The translations under genes and the position numbers were made by a program. DNA of 38,867 nt, from positions 1 through 38,867 of the forward strand of contig CAZCJN010000004.1 in the NCBI GenBank assembly GCA_964498865.1. Direction: 5' to 3'. This DNA is from an uncultured Bacteroidia bacterium. Lineage in GTDB: Bacteria; Bacteroidota; Bacteroidia; Palsa-948. Shown one piece after another: positions 1-8,175 of the stretch; position 1 is the stretch's first letter; each line of letters starts with the position of its first letter. The notes beneath the pieces are model-generated. The model saw nothing but the letters and a program-made list of their open reading frames with translations, was not told the DNA's origin and made no database searches.

Positions 1-342
1 CCATACAAAATTGGAGACAATAATCTTGTAAATAAAAACGAAAATTCTGATAGTATGATTATGCGAACAGAAACTAATAATCCTGATTTGCATTTGGAAA
101 ATAGTTTTATTATATATCCAAATCCAAATAATGGATATTTCTCATTAAGCCGTTCCTCGGAATTAAATCAAAAAATTGCCAAATTAATAGTGACAGATAT
201 AGTAGGGAAAGTGGTCTTTGAGAATAACAATTTTTTCCTCCCTCAAAATATAGATTTATCCTCTGAGCCAAAGGGATTATATTTTGTGAAGTTATTGGAT
301 ATAGATAATAATTTAAATATTAATAAAGTGATTCTACAATAA
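1..342 (+). CDS. 3' fragment of a secreted protein ending in a T9SS type A sorting domain (Por secretion tail); the 5' end lies upstream of the window
   Basis: Frame 1 is open from nt 1, so the listed ORF at 55 is only the first in-frame ATG. The last ~80 aa carry the type A CTD pattern (IYPNPNNGYFSL ... GLYFVKL ... KVILQ). Confidence 0.75.
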   Translation, partial: PYKIGDNNLVNKNENSDSMIMRTETNNPDLHLENSFIIYPNPNNGYFSLSRSSELNQKIAKLIVTDIVGKVVFENNNFFLPQNIDLSSEPKGLYFVKLLDIDNNLNINKVILQ

Positions 343-368
343 AATTATATAATTGTAGCTACGTTCTT

Positions 369-406
369 ATTCCCCTTTTTAGAAAAGCATATTCTTAAAG
401 GGGAAT
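369..406. terminator. Bidirectional intrinsic terminator between convergent genes
   Basis: ATTCCCCTTT (369-378) pairs with AAAGGGGAAT (397-406). T/A runs flank it on both sides. Confidence 0.6.
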
Positions 407-417
407 ATTTTTTAAAA

Positions 418-1272
418 TTAAAATTTATACCCTTTGTATTCCTTAGTAAACTCTTCGTCAGCAATGTTAGGATTTACTTGCAAATTACGGTACTCATATG
501 ATTCGAAAAGCCCTTTATCGTCATATACTTTTATAACACGGGGGAGAAAGGTTATTTTATCTATATATAGAATTAGTTTACGACAATACATATTAGGAAC
601 TCTTATTTTTTGCCCTGCTTTAATAGCATGATAATTTCTTCCCTTATCAGTATTAATTTCAAGAAGCATATAATCACTAACCATTAATTTTTCAGCAATA
701 CTTACTAATGTTTCCCCCTCTTGTACGGTATAATCTATGTATTTAAAATCAGGATATTCTGCTGTAATAAACCAGCAATCAGTATTATCGAAAGATATAA
801 TACCCTCACAATGAAAAAAATTGTCAAATTCTTCTCCAGCGGTAGTCAAATAGGTCTTGATAATCCCTGAAAAATATTTAAATCCTACCTCATTAATGGT
901 GTGATGTTGATTTTCCCGCATAATACTTCCTGTCGGATCAAGACTTAAGTTTATAAAAGGAAAGCCATTAGGGTTAATTAATGCATTGCCATTATTTTTG
1001 CCATTTACCCACAAAAGCTCAGGTCCTTTTAGATATATGTAAATACTGCGCGGAGAAGTCTTCATTTTAACTTGAGATTCAGTTGCCACAAGCATTCCTT
1101 TTATGCGCTCATTGCATTTCAAATGAAATTTTAATGTTTGTATCTTATCTATGGCGACAATAGAATTTTGTAGTATCTCCTTGCAATTTATATTTGAAGG
1201 AGTATAAGCCGTTGAGATTATCAAAGCACAAACCACAAGCGCAATACCAATAAAACGTAGTTTCAAAAACAT
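418..1272 (-). CDS. Signal-anchored protein with a LolA/DUF1571-like body and an inserted LysM peptidoglycan-binding domain
   Basis: The N-terminus is hydrophobic (FIGIALVVCALIIS). A LysM motif is present: YTVQEGETLVSIAEKLMVSDYMLLEINTDKGRNYHAIKAGQKIRVP. The DUF1571-like assignment of the flanking sequence is from memory only. Confidence 0.65.
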   Translation of the reverse strand: MFLKLRFIGIALVVCALIISTAYTPSNINCKEILQNSIVAIDKIQTLKFHLKCNERIKGMLVATESQVKMKTSPRSIYIYLKGPELLWVNGKNNGNALINPNGFPFINLSLDPTGSIMRENQHHTINEVGFKYFSGIIKTYLTTAGEEFDNFFHCEGIISFDNTDCWFITAEYPDFKYIDYTVQEGETLVSIAEKLMVSDYMLLEINTDKGRNYHAIKAGQKIRVPNMYCRKLILYIDKITFLPRVIKVYDDKGLFESYEYRNLQVNPNIADEEFTKEYKGYKF

Positions 1273-1276
1273 CGCG

Positions 1277-1284
1277 CGAATTTA
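1277..1284 (-). promoter_or_regulatory. Putative -7 promoter box TAAATTCG for the LysM protein gene
   Basis: This is a variant of the Bacteroidota TAnnTTTG -7 consensus (T to C at position 7). It lies 4 nt upstream of ATG 1272. Confidence 0.3.
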
Positions 1285-1301
1285 GTAATACAAATGATTT
1301 G

Positions 1302-1309
1302 TAATTTCG
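1302..1309 (+). promoter_or_regulatory. Putative -7 promoter box TAATTTCG for kdsB
   Basis: The box lies 18 nt upstream of ATG 1328. Confidence 0.4.
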
Positions 1310-1327
1310 TTCTTTCGAAGAATAAAT

Positions 1328-2080
1328 ATGAAAGTAATCGGTATTATTCCAGCACGATATGGGTCTACTCGTTTTCCAGGAAAACCTTTAGCAGATGTGG
1401 ATGGAAAGCCTATGATTCAACGGGTGTATGAACAGGCTAAAAAATGTCCATTACTTTCAGAGGTGGTAGTAGCGACGGATGATATTCGCATTGAAACTGT
1501 TGTAAAACAATTCAAGGGTAATGTTGTGATGACCTCTACCCATCATGAAAGCGGAACAGATCGTTGTGATGAAGCATTGAAAAAAATAGGTAATGCGGCA
1601 TATGATGTTGTAATTAATATTCAGGGTGATGAACCGTTTATTCATCCCGACCAAGTCTTAAAAGTAATAGGTTGTTTTAAAGATAAGAATGTAACAATTG
1701 CCAGTTTAGCTAAAAAAATAACTACTGATAACGAACTTGATAATGTCAATACAATTAAAGTAGTAATGGATAAAAATAAGGATGCTCTGTACTTTAGTAG
1801 AACAGCTCTTCCCTATTACAACAAGAAGGATAGGTCGGATCGTTTAAAGTTTCATACCTATTATAAACATGTAGGTATTTATGGATATCAAACTAACATT
1901 CTTTCGGATATCACTAAACTAAAACGTTCACCCCTAGAAATTGCTGAGTCATTAGAGCAATTACGTTGGATTGAGAATGGATATAAAATACGTATGGAGC
2001 TGACCGATCAGGAGGCCTATTCTATAGATACGCCCGAAGATTTAAAGCAGGCCATTGATTTTTTTTCTGATAAAAAATAG
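1328..2080 (+). CDS. kdsB: 3-deoxy-manno-octulosonate cytidylyltransferase (CMP-KDO synthetase)
   Basis: The N-terminus GIIPARYGSTRFPGKPL is canonical, as are the IQGDEP motif and the ~250 aa length. Confidence 0.93.
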   Translation: MKVIGIIPARYGSTRFPGKPLADVDGKPMIQRVYEQAKKCPLLSEVVVATDDIRIETVVKQFKGNVVMTSTHHESGTDRCDEALKKIGNAAYDVVINIQGDEPFIHPDQVLKVIGCFKDKNVTIASLAKKITTDNELDNVNTIKVVMDKNKDALYFSRTALPYYNKKDRSDRLKFHTYYKHVGIYGYQTNILSDITKLKRSPLEIAESLEQLRWIENGYKIRMELTDQEAYSIDTPEDLKQAIDFFSDKK

Positions 2081-2088
2081 TACATTCG
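2081..2088 (+). promoter_or_regulatory. Putative -7 promoter box TACATTCG for the SPOR protein gene
   Basis: The box starts immediately after the kdsB stop codon and lies 7 nt upstream of ATG 2096. Confidence 0.4.
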
Positions 2089-2095
2089 CTCATAC

Positions 2096-3142
2096 ATGAT
2101 TATTGCTAAAAATATTAGTGAGCTTTTATATGAACATGATTGTGTAATTGTACCTGACTTTGGTGGATTTGTGTGTAACTATTCCCCCGCTTATATTCAT
2201 TCGGGTAAAACACAGTTTCATGCTCCGTTCAAAAAAATATCTTTTAATAAAAATCTAAGAAATAATGATGGTTTATTAGCCAATAAAATTTCTCAAAAAG
2301 AAAACATTTCTTATTCAGAGGCCAATAAAATTATTTCAAGTGAAGTAGTGAAGTTACAATATGAGTTGGAACATAATAATCGGATAGAGTTTAAAAATAT
2401 TGGCGTGTTGTATTATGGAGAAGAAAGCACTCTTTTATTCGATCAGGACGAGTCGGTAAATTACCTTCCTGAATCGTTTGGTTTTCATACTTTTTATTCT
2501 CCGGTTATTAAACGCGAATCATTAGAAAGAAAAGTTGAGAAACACTTAAAAGACAGAGTTGTTGCCTTGCCCCTTATTCAAGAAGGTAAAAACAAAAGTA
2601 AAAGAGTCGGGCTTCGTTATGTAGGAATTGCAGCTTCTGTACTATTATGTGGTTCTTTATTATTATTCAGCATAAAAAATAATATGTTGAATAACAGGAG
2701 TATTGCTAATCTTAATCCGTTTGCTAAGGGATCTGCTCTGTATCAACCCGAATCAGATGCAATACCTGCGCTGATTAATGAGAGTACAGGTAGTTTACTA
2801 GCCTTTTCAAATAAACCCTCGGACACTACCCGGTATTTAAATATTCTGATTAATGGAAGTATACCTATCGTAGTAAGTTTGGAACAGGATAAAACGCAGG
2901 TAGAAAAAATAATTAAAAATAAATCTAAAGGCACTTTCCATGTTATTGCCGGTGCATTTTCTATGGTAGAAAATGCTGAAAAGCTAGTGGCAAAGCTTAA
3001 AAAACTAGGTTATAATGCATCTATAATCGATAAAAAGCTTCATATGGTTTCATATGGAAGTTTTCCGTCTCGTAAAGATGCGCTTGAAGCTATGGATAGG
3101 ATTCGTTCTACCCAGCAGGATGTATGGTTGATGACTAATTAA
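2096..3142 (+). CDS. HU-CCDC81-like N-terminal domain / SPOR domain protein (cell-division-site peptidoglycan binding)
   Basis: The N-terminus LLYEHDCVIVPDFGGFV is typical of the bacterial HU-CCDC81 domain. A central TM segment follows. The C-terminal SPOR-like block is FHVIAGAFSMVENAEKLVAKLKKLGYNASII...SYGSFPSRKDA. Confidence 0.8.
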   Translation: MIIAKNISELLYEHDCVIVPDFGGFVCNYSPAYIHSGKTQFHAPFKKISFNKNLRNNDGLLANKISQKENISYSEANKIISSEVVKLQYELEHNNRIEFKNIGVLYYGEESTLLFDQDESVNYLPESFGFHTFYSPVIKRESLERKVEKHLKDRVVALPLIQEGKNKSKRVGLRYVGIAASVLLCGSLLLFSIKNNMLNNRSIANLNPFAKGSALYQPESDAIPALINESTGSLLAFSNKPSDTTRYLNILINGSIPIVVSLEQDKTQVEKIIKNKSKGTFHVIAGAFSMVENAEKLVAKLKKLGYNASIIDKKLHMVSYGSFPSRKDALEAMDRIRSTQQDVWLMTN

Positions 3143-3684
3143 ACCTCTTTCTTTTTCTCCCTTCTTCCTTTATAGATTTTGATAGCAAGAAAAAGCGTAA
3201 CTATCAATAAAAAAATGCCTAATACTCCCCATAAGTATTGCATTTGATTTTTTAGGATTACTATGAATACAATGGCGACTAAAAACACTGCGGCTACTTC
3301 GTTCCAGATACGAAGCTGTAACGAAGAATACTTTATAATATCCTTTTGCAGTTGAGTGTATATAGAATGGCATTTAACATGATAAAGGGTAAGCCCGAAA
3401 ACAAAAACTAGCTTTAAAATAAACCATGCAGAAGAAAAATAGTACCAAAAATTAAGAGATACCATCCATGAACCAAAAATATACACGCCAATCATACTTG
3501 GCCACGTAATTACATACCAAAGCCTCCGTTCCATTATTTTAAATTGATTTTGTAAAATAGTTCTTTCCTGTACCGGCTTTTTATCGGCTTCTACATGGTA
3601 GATAAAAAGGCGGGGCATATAAAACAACCCGGCAAACCATGTAACAACAAAAATAATATGAAGTGCCAATAAATACAAATTCAT
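3139..3684 (-). CDS. hemJ: Protoporphyrinogen IX oxidase HemJ (UPF0093/CopD-like membrane protein)
   Basis: The motif LALHIIFVVTWFAGLFYMPRLFIYH is present, the protein is ~180 aa and it has several TM helices. Confidence 0.85.
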   Translation of the reverse strand: MNLYLLALHIIFVVTWFAGLFYMPRLFIYHVEADKKPVQERTILQNQFKIMERRLWYVITWPSMIGVYIFGSWMVSLNFWYYFSSAWFILKLVFVFGLTLYHVKCHSIYTQLQKDIIKYSSLQLRIWNEVAAVFLVAIVFIVILKNQMQYLWGVLGIFLLIVTLFLAIKIYKGRREKKKEV

Positions 3685-3688
3685 AAAT

Positions 3689-3696
3689 CAAAGTTA
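3689..3696 (-). promoter_or_regulatory. Putative -7 promoter box TAACTTTG for hemJ
   Basis: This is an exact TAnnTTTG match, 4 nt upstream of ATG 3684. Confidence 0.45.
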
Positions 3697-3704
3697 AGTA
3701 TTTC

Positions 3705-3712
3705 TATCTTTG
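3705..3712 (+). promoter_or_regulatory. Putative -7 promoter box TATCTTTG for the thioesterase gene
   Basis: This is an exact TAnnTTTG match, 14 nt upstream of ATG 3727. It sits back to back with the hemJ box, 8 nt apart. Confidence 0.5.
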
Positions 3713-3726
3713 ATGAAATTTCAAGT

Positions 3727-4239
3727 ATGAAATCTAAAAAGGCACAAGAAACTTACGCAGTAACATCTGAATTTGTATTACCCAATGATACAAATGCTTT
3801 AGGAAATTTAGCAGGAGGAAGACTACTTCATTGGATGGATATTGTCTCCGTTATATCAGCTCATCGTTTATGTAAAAGAGTAGTGGTTACAGCTGCAGTC
3901 AATAATGTTTCCTTTAGAGAAGCAATCAGTTTAGGAAGCATTGTAACCTTAGAAGCAAAAGTTTCTCGTTCATTCAATACTTCTATGGAAGTATTTATAG
4001 ATGTTTGGGTAGAGGACCGTGTAACTACAGAAAAGAAGAAACATAACGAAGCTATTTACACTTTTGTAGCCGTTGATCAAAACGGGGCACCTTTACCTGT
4101 TCCGGAAGTAGTACCTGAGACAGAAGAAGAGAAAAAACGCTTTGACGGAGCTTTAAGAAGAAGACAATTAAGTCTGATACTTGCCGGCAAGATGAAGCCG
4201 GATGATGCTACAGAGTTAAAAGCGCTTTTTATAAAATAA
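3727..4239 (+). CDS. Acyl-CoA thioesterase (hotdog fold, YciA/BFIT-like)
   Basis: The sequence shows PNDTNALGNLAGGRLLHWMD...VTAAVNNVSFREAI, the typical hotdog thioesterase core. Confidence 0.8.
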   Translation: MKSKKAQETYAVTSEFVLPNDTNALGNLAGGRLLHWMDIVSVISAHRLCKRVVVTAAVNNVSFREAISLGSIVTLEAKVSRSFNTSMEVFIDVWVEDRVTTEKKKHNEAIYTFVAVDQNGAPLPVPEVVPETEEEKKRFDGALRRRQLSLILAGKMKPDDATELKALFIK

Positions 4240-5203
4240 AACGAATAATCTCTTCTTCATTAATATTCCACATGCATTTAAAATGCCCTTTCGGACATTT
4301 AGCATATCCCAGTTTAGAACAAGGTCTACATGAAAGGTTGGAAACCTGAGCTTTGAAATTTAAAACTTGAGATTTTCCATAATAGGGGTACATTCCAAAT
4401 TCAGGAATAGTATTACCCCATACTGATACTATTTCTTTTTTAAATGCCGCTGCAATATGCATAAGCCCTGTATCATGTGTAATTACCTTTTTGGCTTGTT
4501 CAATGAGTGATGCAGATTGATTGAGATTGTATTTTCCGCAAGCATTAAAAACAGTATTTCCTGTTTCACTTATCAGCCAGTCTCCTTTTTCAGTTTCTTC
4601 TTTTCCTCCTAATAAAATAATCGGATGTTTTAGTTTGGATAGGATAGAAAGTATTTTTTCTTTTGGAAGTTGTTTGGTAGCATACGTAGCACCCATGATA
4701 AAAGCTATATAATCATTTTGAAATGCAGAGGGTAGGGCAGAAGTGTTGATCTTATCTTTTTGAGGTATGAAATAATCAAGCCCATTTCCGTCATTAATAA
4801 CATCTATAGGCTGTACAGCCTCAAAATATCGATCGACAATATGTTTATTGGGTAGTTTGTTTATCTTAAAATTTACCATTAACCATTTTTCAATATTAAG
4901 CTTACTGAATGTTTGGTTTTTACTTTTCAGCATTAATTTTATCTCTGCCGAGCGTAGATTATGATGCAGGTCTATAATAAAATCATAGTTTTCTTTCTTT
5001 AAGGAACTGCTTATTTCTGAACTACTTTTTTCTATAGTATATAGCTTATCTATGTAAGGATTATTTTCAAGAATAATTGCATATTGTTTTTTAGTCAGAT
5101 AGTGTACTTGCACATTATTAATTTGATTTTTAATACAGCGAATGATCGGTGTTGTAAGTACAATATCTCCAATGGAAGAAAAGCGTATGATAAGAATTTT
5201 CAT
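4229..5203 (-). CDS. Glycosyltransferase family 9 (heptosyltransferase-like LPS core transferase)
   Basis: The N-terminus is MKILIIRFSSIGDIVLTTPIIRCIK. The C-terminal segment DTGLMHIAAAF matches GT9. Confidence 0.85.
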   Translation of the reverse strand: MKILIIRFSSIGDIVLTTPIIRCIKNQINNVQVHYLTKKQYAIILENNPYIDKLYTIEKSSSEISSSLKKENYDFIIDLHHNLRSAEIKLMLKSKNQTFSKLNIEKWLMVNFKINKLPNKHIVDRYFEAVQPIDVINDGNGLDYFIPQKDKINTSALPSAFQNDYIAFIMGATYATKQLPKEKILSILSKLKHPIILLGGKEETEKGDWLISETGNTVFNACGKYNLNQSASLIEQAKKVITHDTGLMHIAAAFKKEIVSVWGNTIPEFGMYPYYGKSQVLNFKAQVSNLSCRPCSKLGYAKCPKGHFKCMWNINEEEIIRFIL

Positions 5204-5208
5204 ATGAA

Positions 5209-5216
5209 CAAAAGTA
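5209..5216 (-). promoter_or_regulatory. Putative -7 promoter box TACTTTTG for the GT9 gene
   Basis: This is an exact match, 5 nt upstream of ATG 5203 and just downstream of the 5225..5251 terminator. Confidence 0.45.
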
Positions 5217-5224
5217 AAATAAAA

Positions 5225-5251
5225 AACCCCCTCCGTTTTATGGAGAGGGTT
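5225..5251 (-). terminator. Intrinsic terminator downstream of the 5270..5632 gene
   Basis: On the minus strand, AACCCTCTCC-ATAAAAC-GGAGGGGGTT is a 10-bp stem with one mismatch. TTTTATTTT follows it. Confidence 0.6.
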
Positions 5252-5269
5252 TAAGTCATATGTTGTAAA

Positions 5270-5632
5270 TTATTCTGCTTTATAGTGTGTTTGGTCACCA
5301 TCATCATCTTTAAACCAAACCTCTTTGCTGGTGAGGCGTAAGATGGTAGTAGAGTAGGTAGTTGTTACAGATCCAACAGTAACAACTATTTCTAATTTTT
5401 CTTTATCACTGGATAGTTGCCATTTTGCTCCTGCCCATGATACTCCACTTTGAGTAACAGAACCATCTTTCATGAATTCCATCGTAGGGCAAGCATTGGT
5501 ACAAGCGTTTTCAGTCCCTGTAGTTCCATCAATGAATTTTTCCAGAACCCATTTTGTGGTTAATTTATCAGAAGCTTTCCCCAATGCATATTGGGACGAG
5601 ATTACAGTTGCGCGACAGCCCGTGATTCTCAC
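5270..5632 (-). CDS. Lipocalin-like domain protein with a GTG start and no signal peptide; possibly a truncated gene or pseudogene
   Basis: It shows the lipocalin-like pattern (TTKWVLEKF..DG ... MEFMKDGSV ... KWQLSSDKEKLEI ... LRLTSKEVWF). The only in-frame start is GTG at 5632. The upstream in-frame sequence runs into TAA at 5693-5695 with no ATG. Confidence 0.45.
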   Translation of the reverse strand: MRITGCRATVISSQYALGKASDKLTTKWVLEKFIDGTTGTENACTNACPTMEFMKDGSVTQSGVSWAGAKWQLSSDKEKLEIVVTVGSVTTTYSTTILRLTSKEVWFKDDDGDQTHYKAE

Positions 5633-5687
5633 ACGGTTCCCTATTATCTCCGATCTATCTGCATAGGCAGTTTTGAAACCGGAGCAC

Positions 5688-5695
5688 CGAAATTA
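5688..5695 (-). promoter_or_regulatory. Putative -7 promoter box TAATTTCG for the lipocalin-like gene
   Basis: The box lies 55 nt upstream of GTG 5632. It overlaps the in-frame TAA that closes the upstream reading frame. Confidence 0.3.
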
Positions 5696-5872
5696 TAGAT
5701 GATTGAACAACAGAAAGAACGTGTTTTGTGCGGCGAAGGTAAAATAAAACTTAGTATATAAAATAATTTATTAATCCCTTATATAAAAAATTGATTCATT
5801 TTTTTGATGCTAAGAATAAGTATATAGGGACAGGTAATTATTTATTTTGCTTTTTGAGAGATGAGTACAAAT

Positions 5873-5906
5873 AAAAAAGGTTGCCTTATTAAAAGCAACC
5901 TTTTTT
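5873..5906. terminator. Intrinsic terminator (palindromic, usable in either direction) downstream of the 5927..6508 lipoprotein gene
   Basis: AAAAAAGGTTGC (5873-5884) and GCAACCTTTTTT (5895-5906) form a perfect 12-bp stem around a 10-nt loop. Confidence 0.7.
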
Positions 5907-5926
5907 AGTGTTATAAATTTTATTTA

Positions 5927-6508
5927 TTAGTCTTTTTCAAAAGTATATTTTATATCAGAAGAACTATTTGAACCTGTGCTGCTGGTTGATTTGGTTACAT
6001 TATGCAATATCATCTCTTTTCCTGCTAAACGCTCAATGTAATAAACACCACTCATTAAAATCGTCCCATCCGCCTCAATAGATATGTGGTCTCTATTCTT
6101 ATTAGTATTTAACCAAAACCATTCACCCTCTGCAGTCTTGGTAGTGGTAGTACTTCCGGATGTATAAGTGACTGTATAAGATTGTTTTCCGTTTTTGTCA
6201 AATGTTATTTCAAAAGTACCTGTTGTTGTAGAATTAGAAGTATTTGACATAGAGCCTGAAACAGTTACGGTACTTTCTGTTAATGTTGTACCGTCATATG
6301 AAGTAGTAGTAGTTTTTGTAGTGGTTGAACTTCCAAAAACAGTTACATCTACTTCCGTTCCAGTAATAGATTTTAACTTCCATTTATGAGTAAGTCTTCC
6401 GTCTCTTGATTTAATGGTTATAAATGGATCTTCCGTCCCCTTTTTACATCCTGTAAAAGTAAGTGCACCCATGCATGCTATTAATGAGAAAAGAATCAAT
6501 TTTTTCAT
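5927..6508 (-). CDS. Lipoprotein with a Thr/Ser-rich linker and a lipocalin-like domain
   Basis: ATG at 6508 gives MKKLILFSLIACMGALTFTGC, a signal peptide plus lipobox Cys; the listed start at 6514 is a TTG. The body contains HKWKLKSITG ... FEITFDKNGK ... GEWFWLN ... MILHN. Confidence 0.65.
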   Translation of the reverse strand: MKKLILFSLIACMGALTFTGCKKGTEDPFITIKSRDGRLTHKWKLKSITGTEVDVTVFGSSTTTKTTTTSYDGTTLTESTVTVSGSMSNTSNSTTTGTFEITFDKNGKQSYTVTYTSGSTTTTKTAEGEWFWLNTNKNRDHISIEADGTILMSGVYYIERLAGKEMILHNVTKSTSSTGSNSSSDIKYTFEKD

Positions 6509-6536
6509 AGTCAAAATAGTTTATTTGTTTAGGCTG

Positions 6537-6544
6537 CGAATGTA
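6537..6544 (-). promoter_or_regulatory. Putative -7 promoter box TACATTCG for the lipoprotein gene
   Basis: The box lies 28 nt upstream of ATG 6508. Confidence 0.45.
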
Positions 6545-6587
6545 TAAAAAATAACGATAGGGCTATTAATAATACTCCGATATTAAA

Positions 6588-8174
6588 TTATCCACCCCAT
6601 CCGTCTCTATCCAGTGAACGGTATTGAATCGCTTCTGCCAAATGATGGTTTTTAATACTATCAGAACTATCCAGATCGGCAATGGTTCTGGCCACTTTTA
6701 GAATTCTATCATAAGCTCTGGCAGAAAGGCCTAATCGCTCCATAGCATTTTTGAGTAAGGTTTGTCCAGTTTCATCTATTTTACAAATGGTGCGCAGTAC
6801 ATTCGCACTCATTTGTGCATTACAGAACATACCTTTATTTTCTTTAAAACGTTCCGATTGTATTTTTCTGGCATTAATGACTCTCTCGCGAATATTTTCA
6901 CTTGATTCCGCTTTTCTTTCATTGGATAACTCGCTAAAAGCTACTGGTGTTACCTCTACATGAATGTCTATTCGGTCGAGTAATGGTCCGGATACTTTGT
7001 TAAGGTATTTCTGTACAATACCTGGCGCACATACACATTCTTTTTCAGGGTGATTATAATATCCGCAGGGACAAGGGTTCATGGCTGATACTAACATGAA
7101 ACTGGCAGGATATTCCACTGAAAATTTAGAGCGAGATATATTTACGACTCTGTCTTCCAGTGGTTGGCGCATTACCTCTAAAGCATTGCGACTGAATTCA
7201 GGCAGTTCATCTAAGAACAATACGCCATGATGAGCCAAAGAAATTTCCCCAGGTTGAGGGAAACTTCCACCCCCTACTAATGCAACATCTGAAATAGTAT
7301 GATGTGGGGAGCGAAATGGGCGAGAAGTAACGAGTGAGCCGCCTTTTGTCATTTTTCCTGCTACCGAATGTATTTTAGTAGTTTCAAGTGCTTCTTCTAG
7401 TGTGAGAGGAGGGAGAATAGTAGGGAGGCGTTTAGCAATCATAGTTTTACCTGCTCCCGGCGGACCTATCATGATTACGTTATGACCTCCTGCTGCTGCA
7501 ATTTCTAATGCACGTTTTATATTTTCTTGTCCTTTTACATCTGCAAAATCCAAATCCGATTTCCCTAAGCGGGAATAAAATTCTTCCGATATATCAATTT
7601 TTGTAGGGCTGATATTTTTTTCTCCGTTAAAAAAGTCGATTACCTCTTTAATATTTTCTACGCCAATAACCTCTAACGTCCCAACTGATGCGGCTTCGTC
7701 GGCATTTTGTTTTGGTAAGATGATCCCTTTAAATCCTTTTTCTTTTGCTTCAATGGCTATTGGCAATACTCCTTTGATTGGGCGAAGGTTGCCATCTAGG
7801 GCAAGTTCACCCATGATGATATAATCTCCCAAATTATCTGCACTAACTTTTTTATCTGCTGCTAAAATGCCCATGGCAGTTGTCAGGTCATAAGCGGAGC
7901 CTTCTTTTTTTATATCAGCCGGAGCCATGTTAATGGTTACTCCTTTGCCGGGAATTTTATGCCCAATGTATTTAAGGGCCGCATTAATACGGTGCTGACT
8001 TTCTTTAACAGCACTATCGGGCAATCCTACTATAAACAAATTTACACCTGCCGATATGTTAGTTTCTACTGTGACTAAAGTGGCTTTTATTCCTTGTACA
8101 GCACAGCCATATGTTTTAGCAAGATTGACTTTTATTTTTGGAGACTCTTCTTCAAAGATGGATTCAGGATTCAT
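6588..8174 (-). CDS. comM: YifB/ComM family Mg-chelatase-like AAA+ ATPase
   Basis: There is an N-terminal Lon-protease-like domain, Walker A GPPGAGKT, DELPEF, and a Cys-rich insert NPCPCGYYNHPEKECVC. Confidence 0.9.
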   Translation of the reverse strand: MNPESIFEEESPKIKVNLAKTYGCAVQGIKATLVTVETNISAGVNLFIVGLPDSAVKESQHRINAALKYIGHKIPGKGVTINMAPADIKKEGSAYDLTTAMGILAADKKVSADNLGDYIIMGELALDGNLRPIKGVLPIAIEAKEKGFKGIILPKQNADEAASVGTLEVIGVENIKEVIDFFNGEKNISPTKIDISEEFYSRLGKSDLDFADVKGQENIKRALEIAAAGGHNVIMIGPPGAGKTMIAKRLPTILPPLTLEEALETTKIHSVAGKMTKGGSLVTSRPFRSPHHTISDVALVGGGSFPQPGEISLAHHGVLFLDELPEFSRNALEVMRQPLEDRVVNISRSKFSVEYPASFMLVSAMNPCPCGYYNHPEKECVCAPGIVQKYLNKVSGPLLDRIDIHVEVTPVAFSELSNERKAESSENIRERVINARKIQSERFKENKGMFCNAQMSANVLRTICKIDETGQTLLKNAMERLGLSARAYDRILKVARTIADLDSSDSIKNHHLAEAIQYRSLDRDGWGG

Positions 8175-8175
8175 T

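Noticed and set aside
5633-5926. A 294-nt non-coding gap scanned for tRNA, small RNA or small ORFs.
   Set aside because: It contains only 6-20 codon ORFs without promoter boxes and no tRNA-like T-arm or cloverleaf. The gap is explained by a promoter box (5688-5695) and a terminator (5873-5906).
6509-6514. Listed ORF starts at 6514, 8754 and 27950, upstream of the starts I chose.
   Set aside because: All three are TTG codons 2-5 codons upstream of an ATG. Each ATG gives a standard N-terminus: MKKLILF signal peptide, MKTNSINK, and MKTTLL signal peptide.
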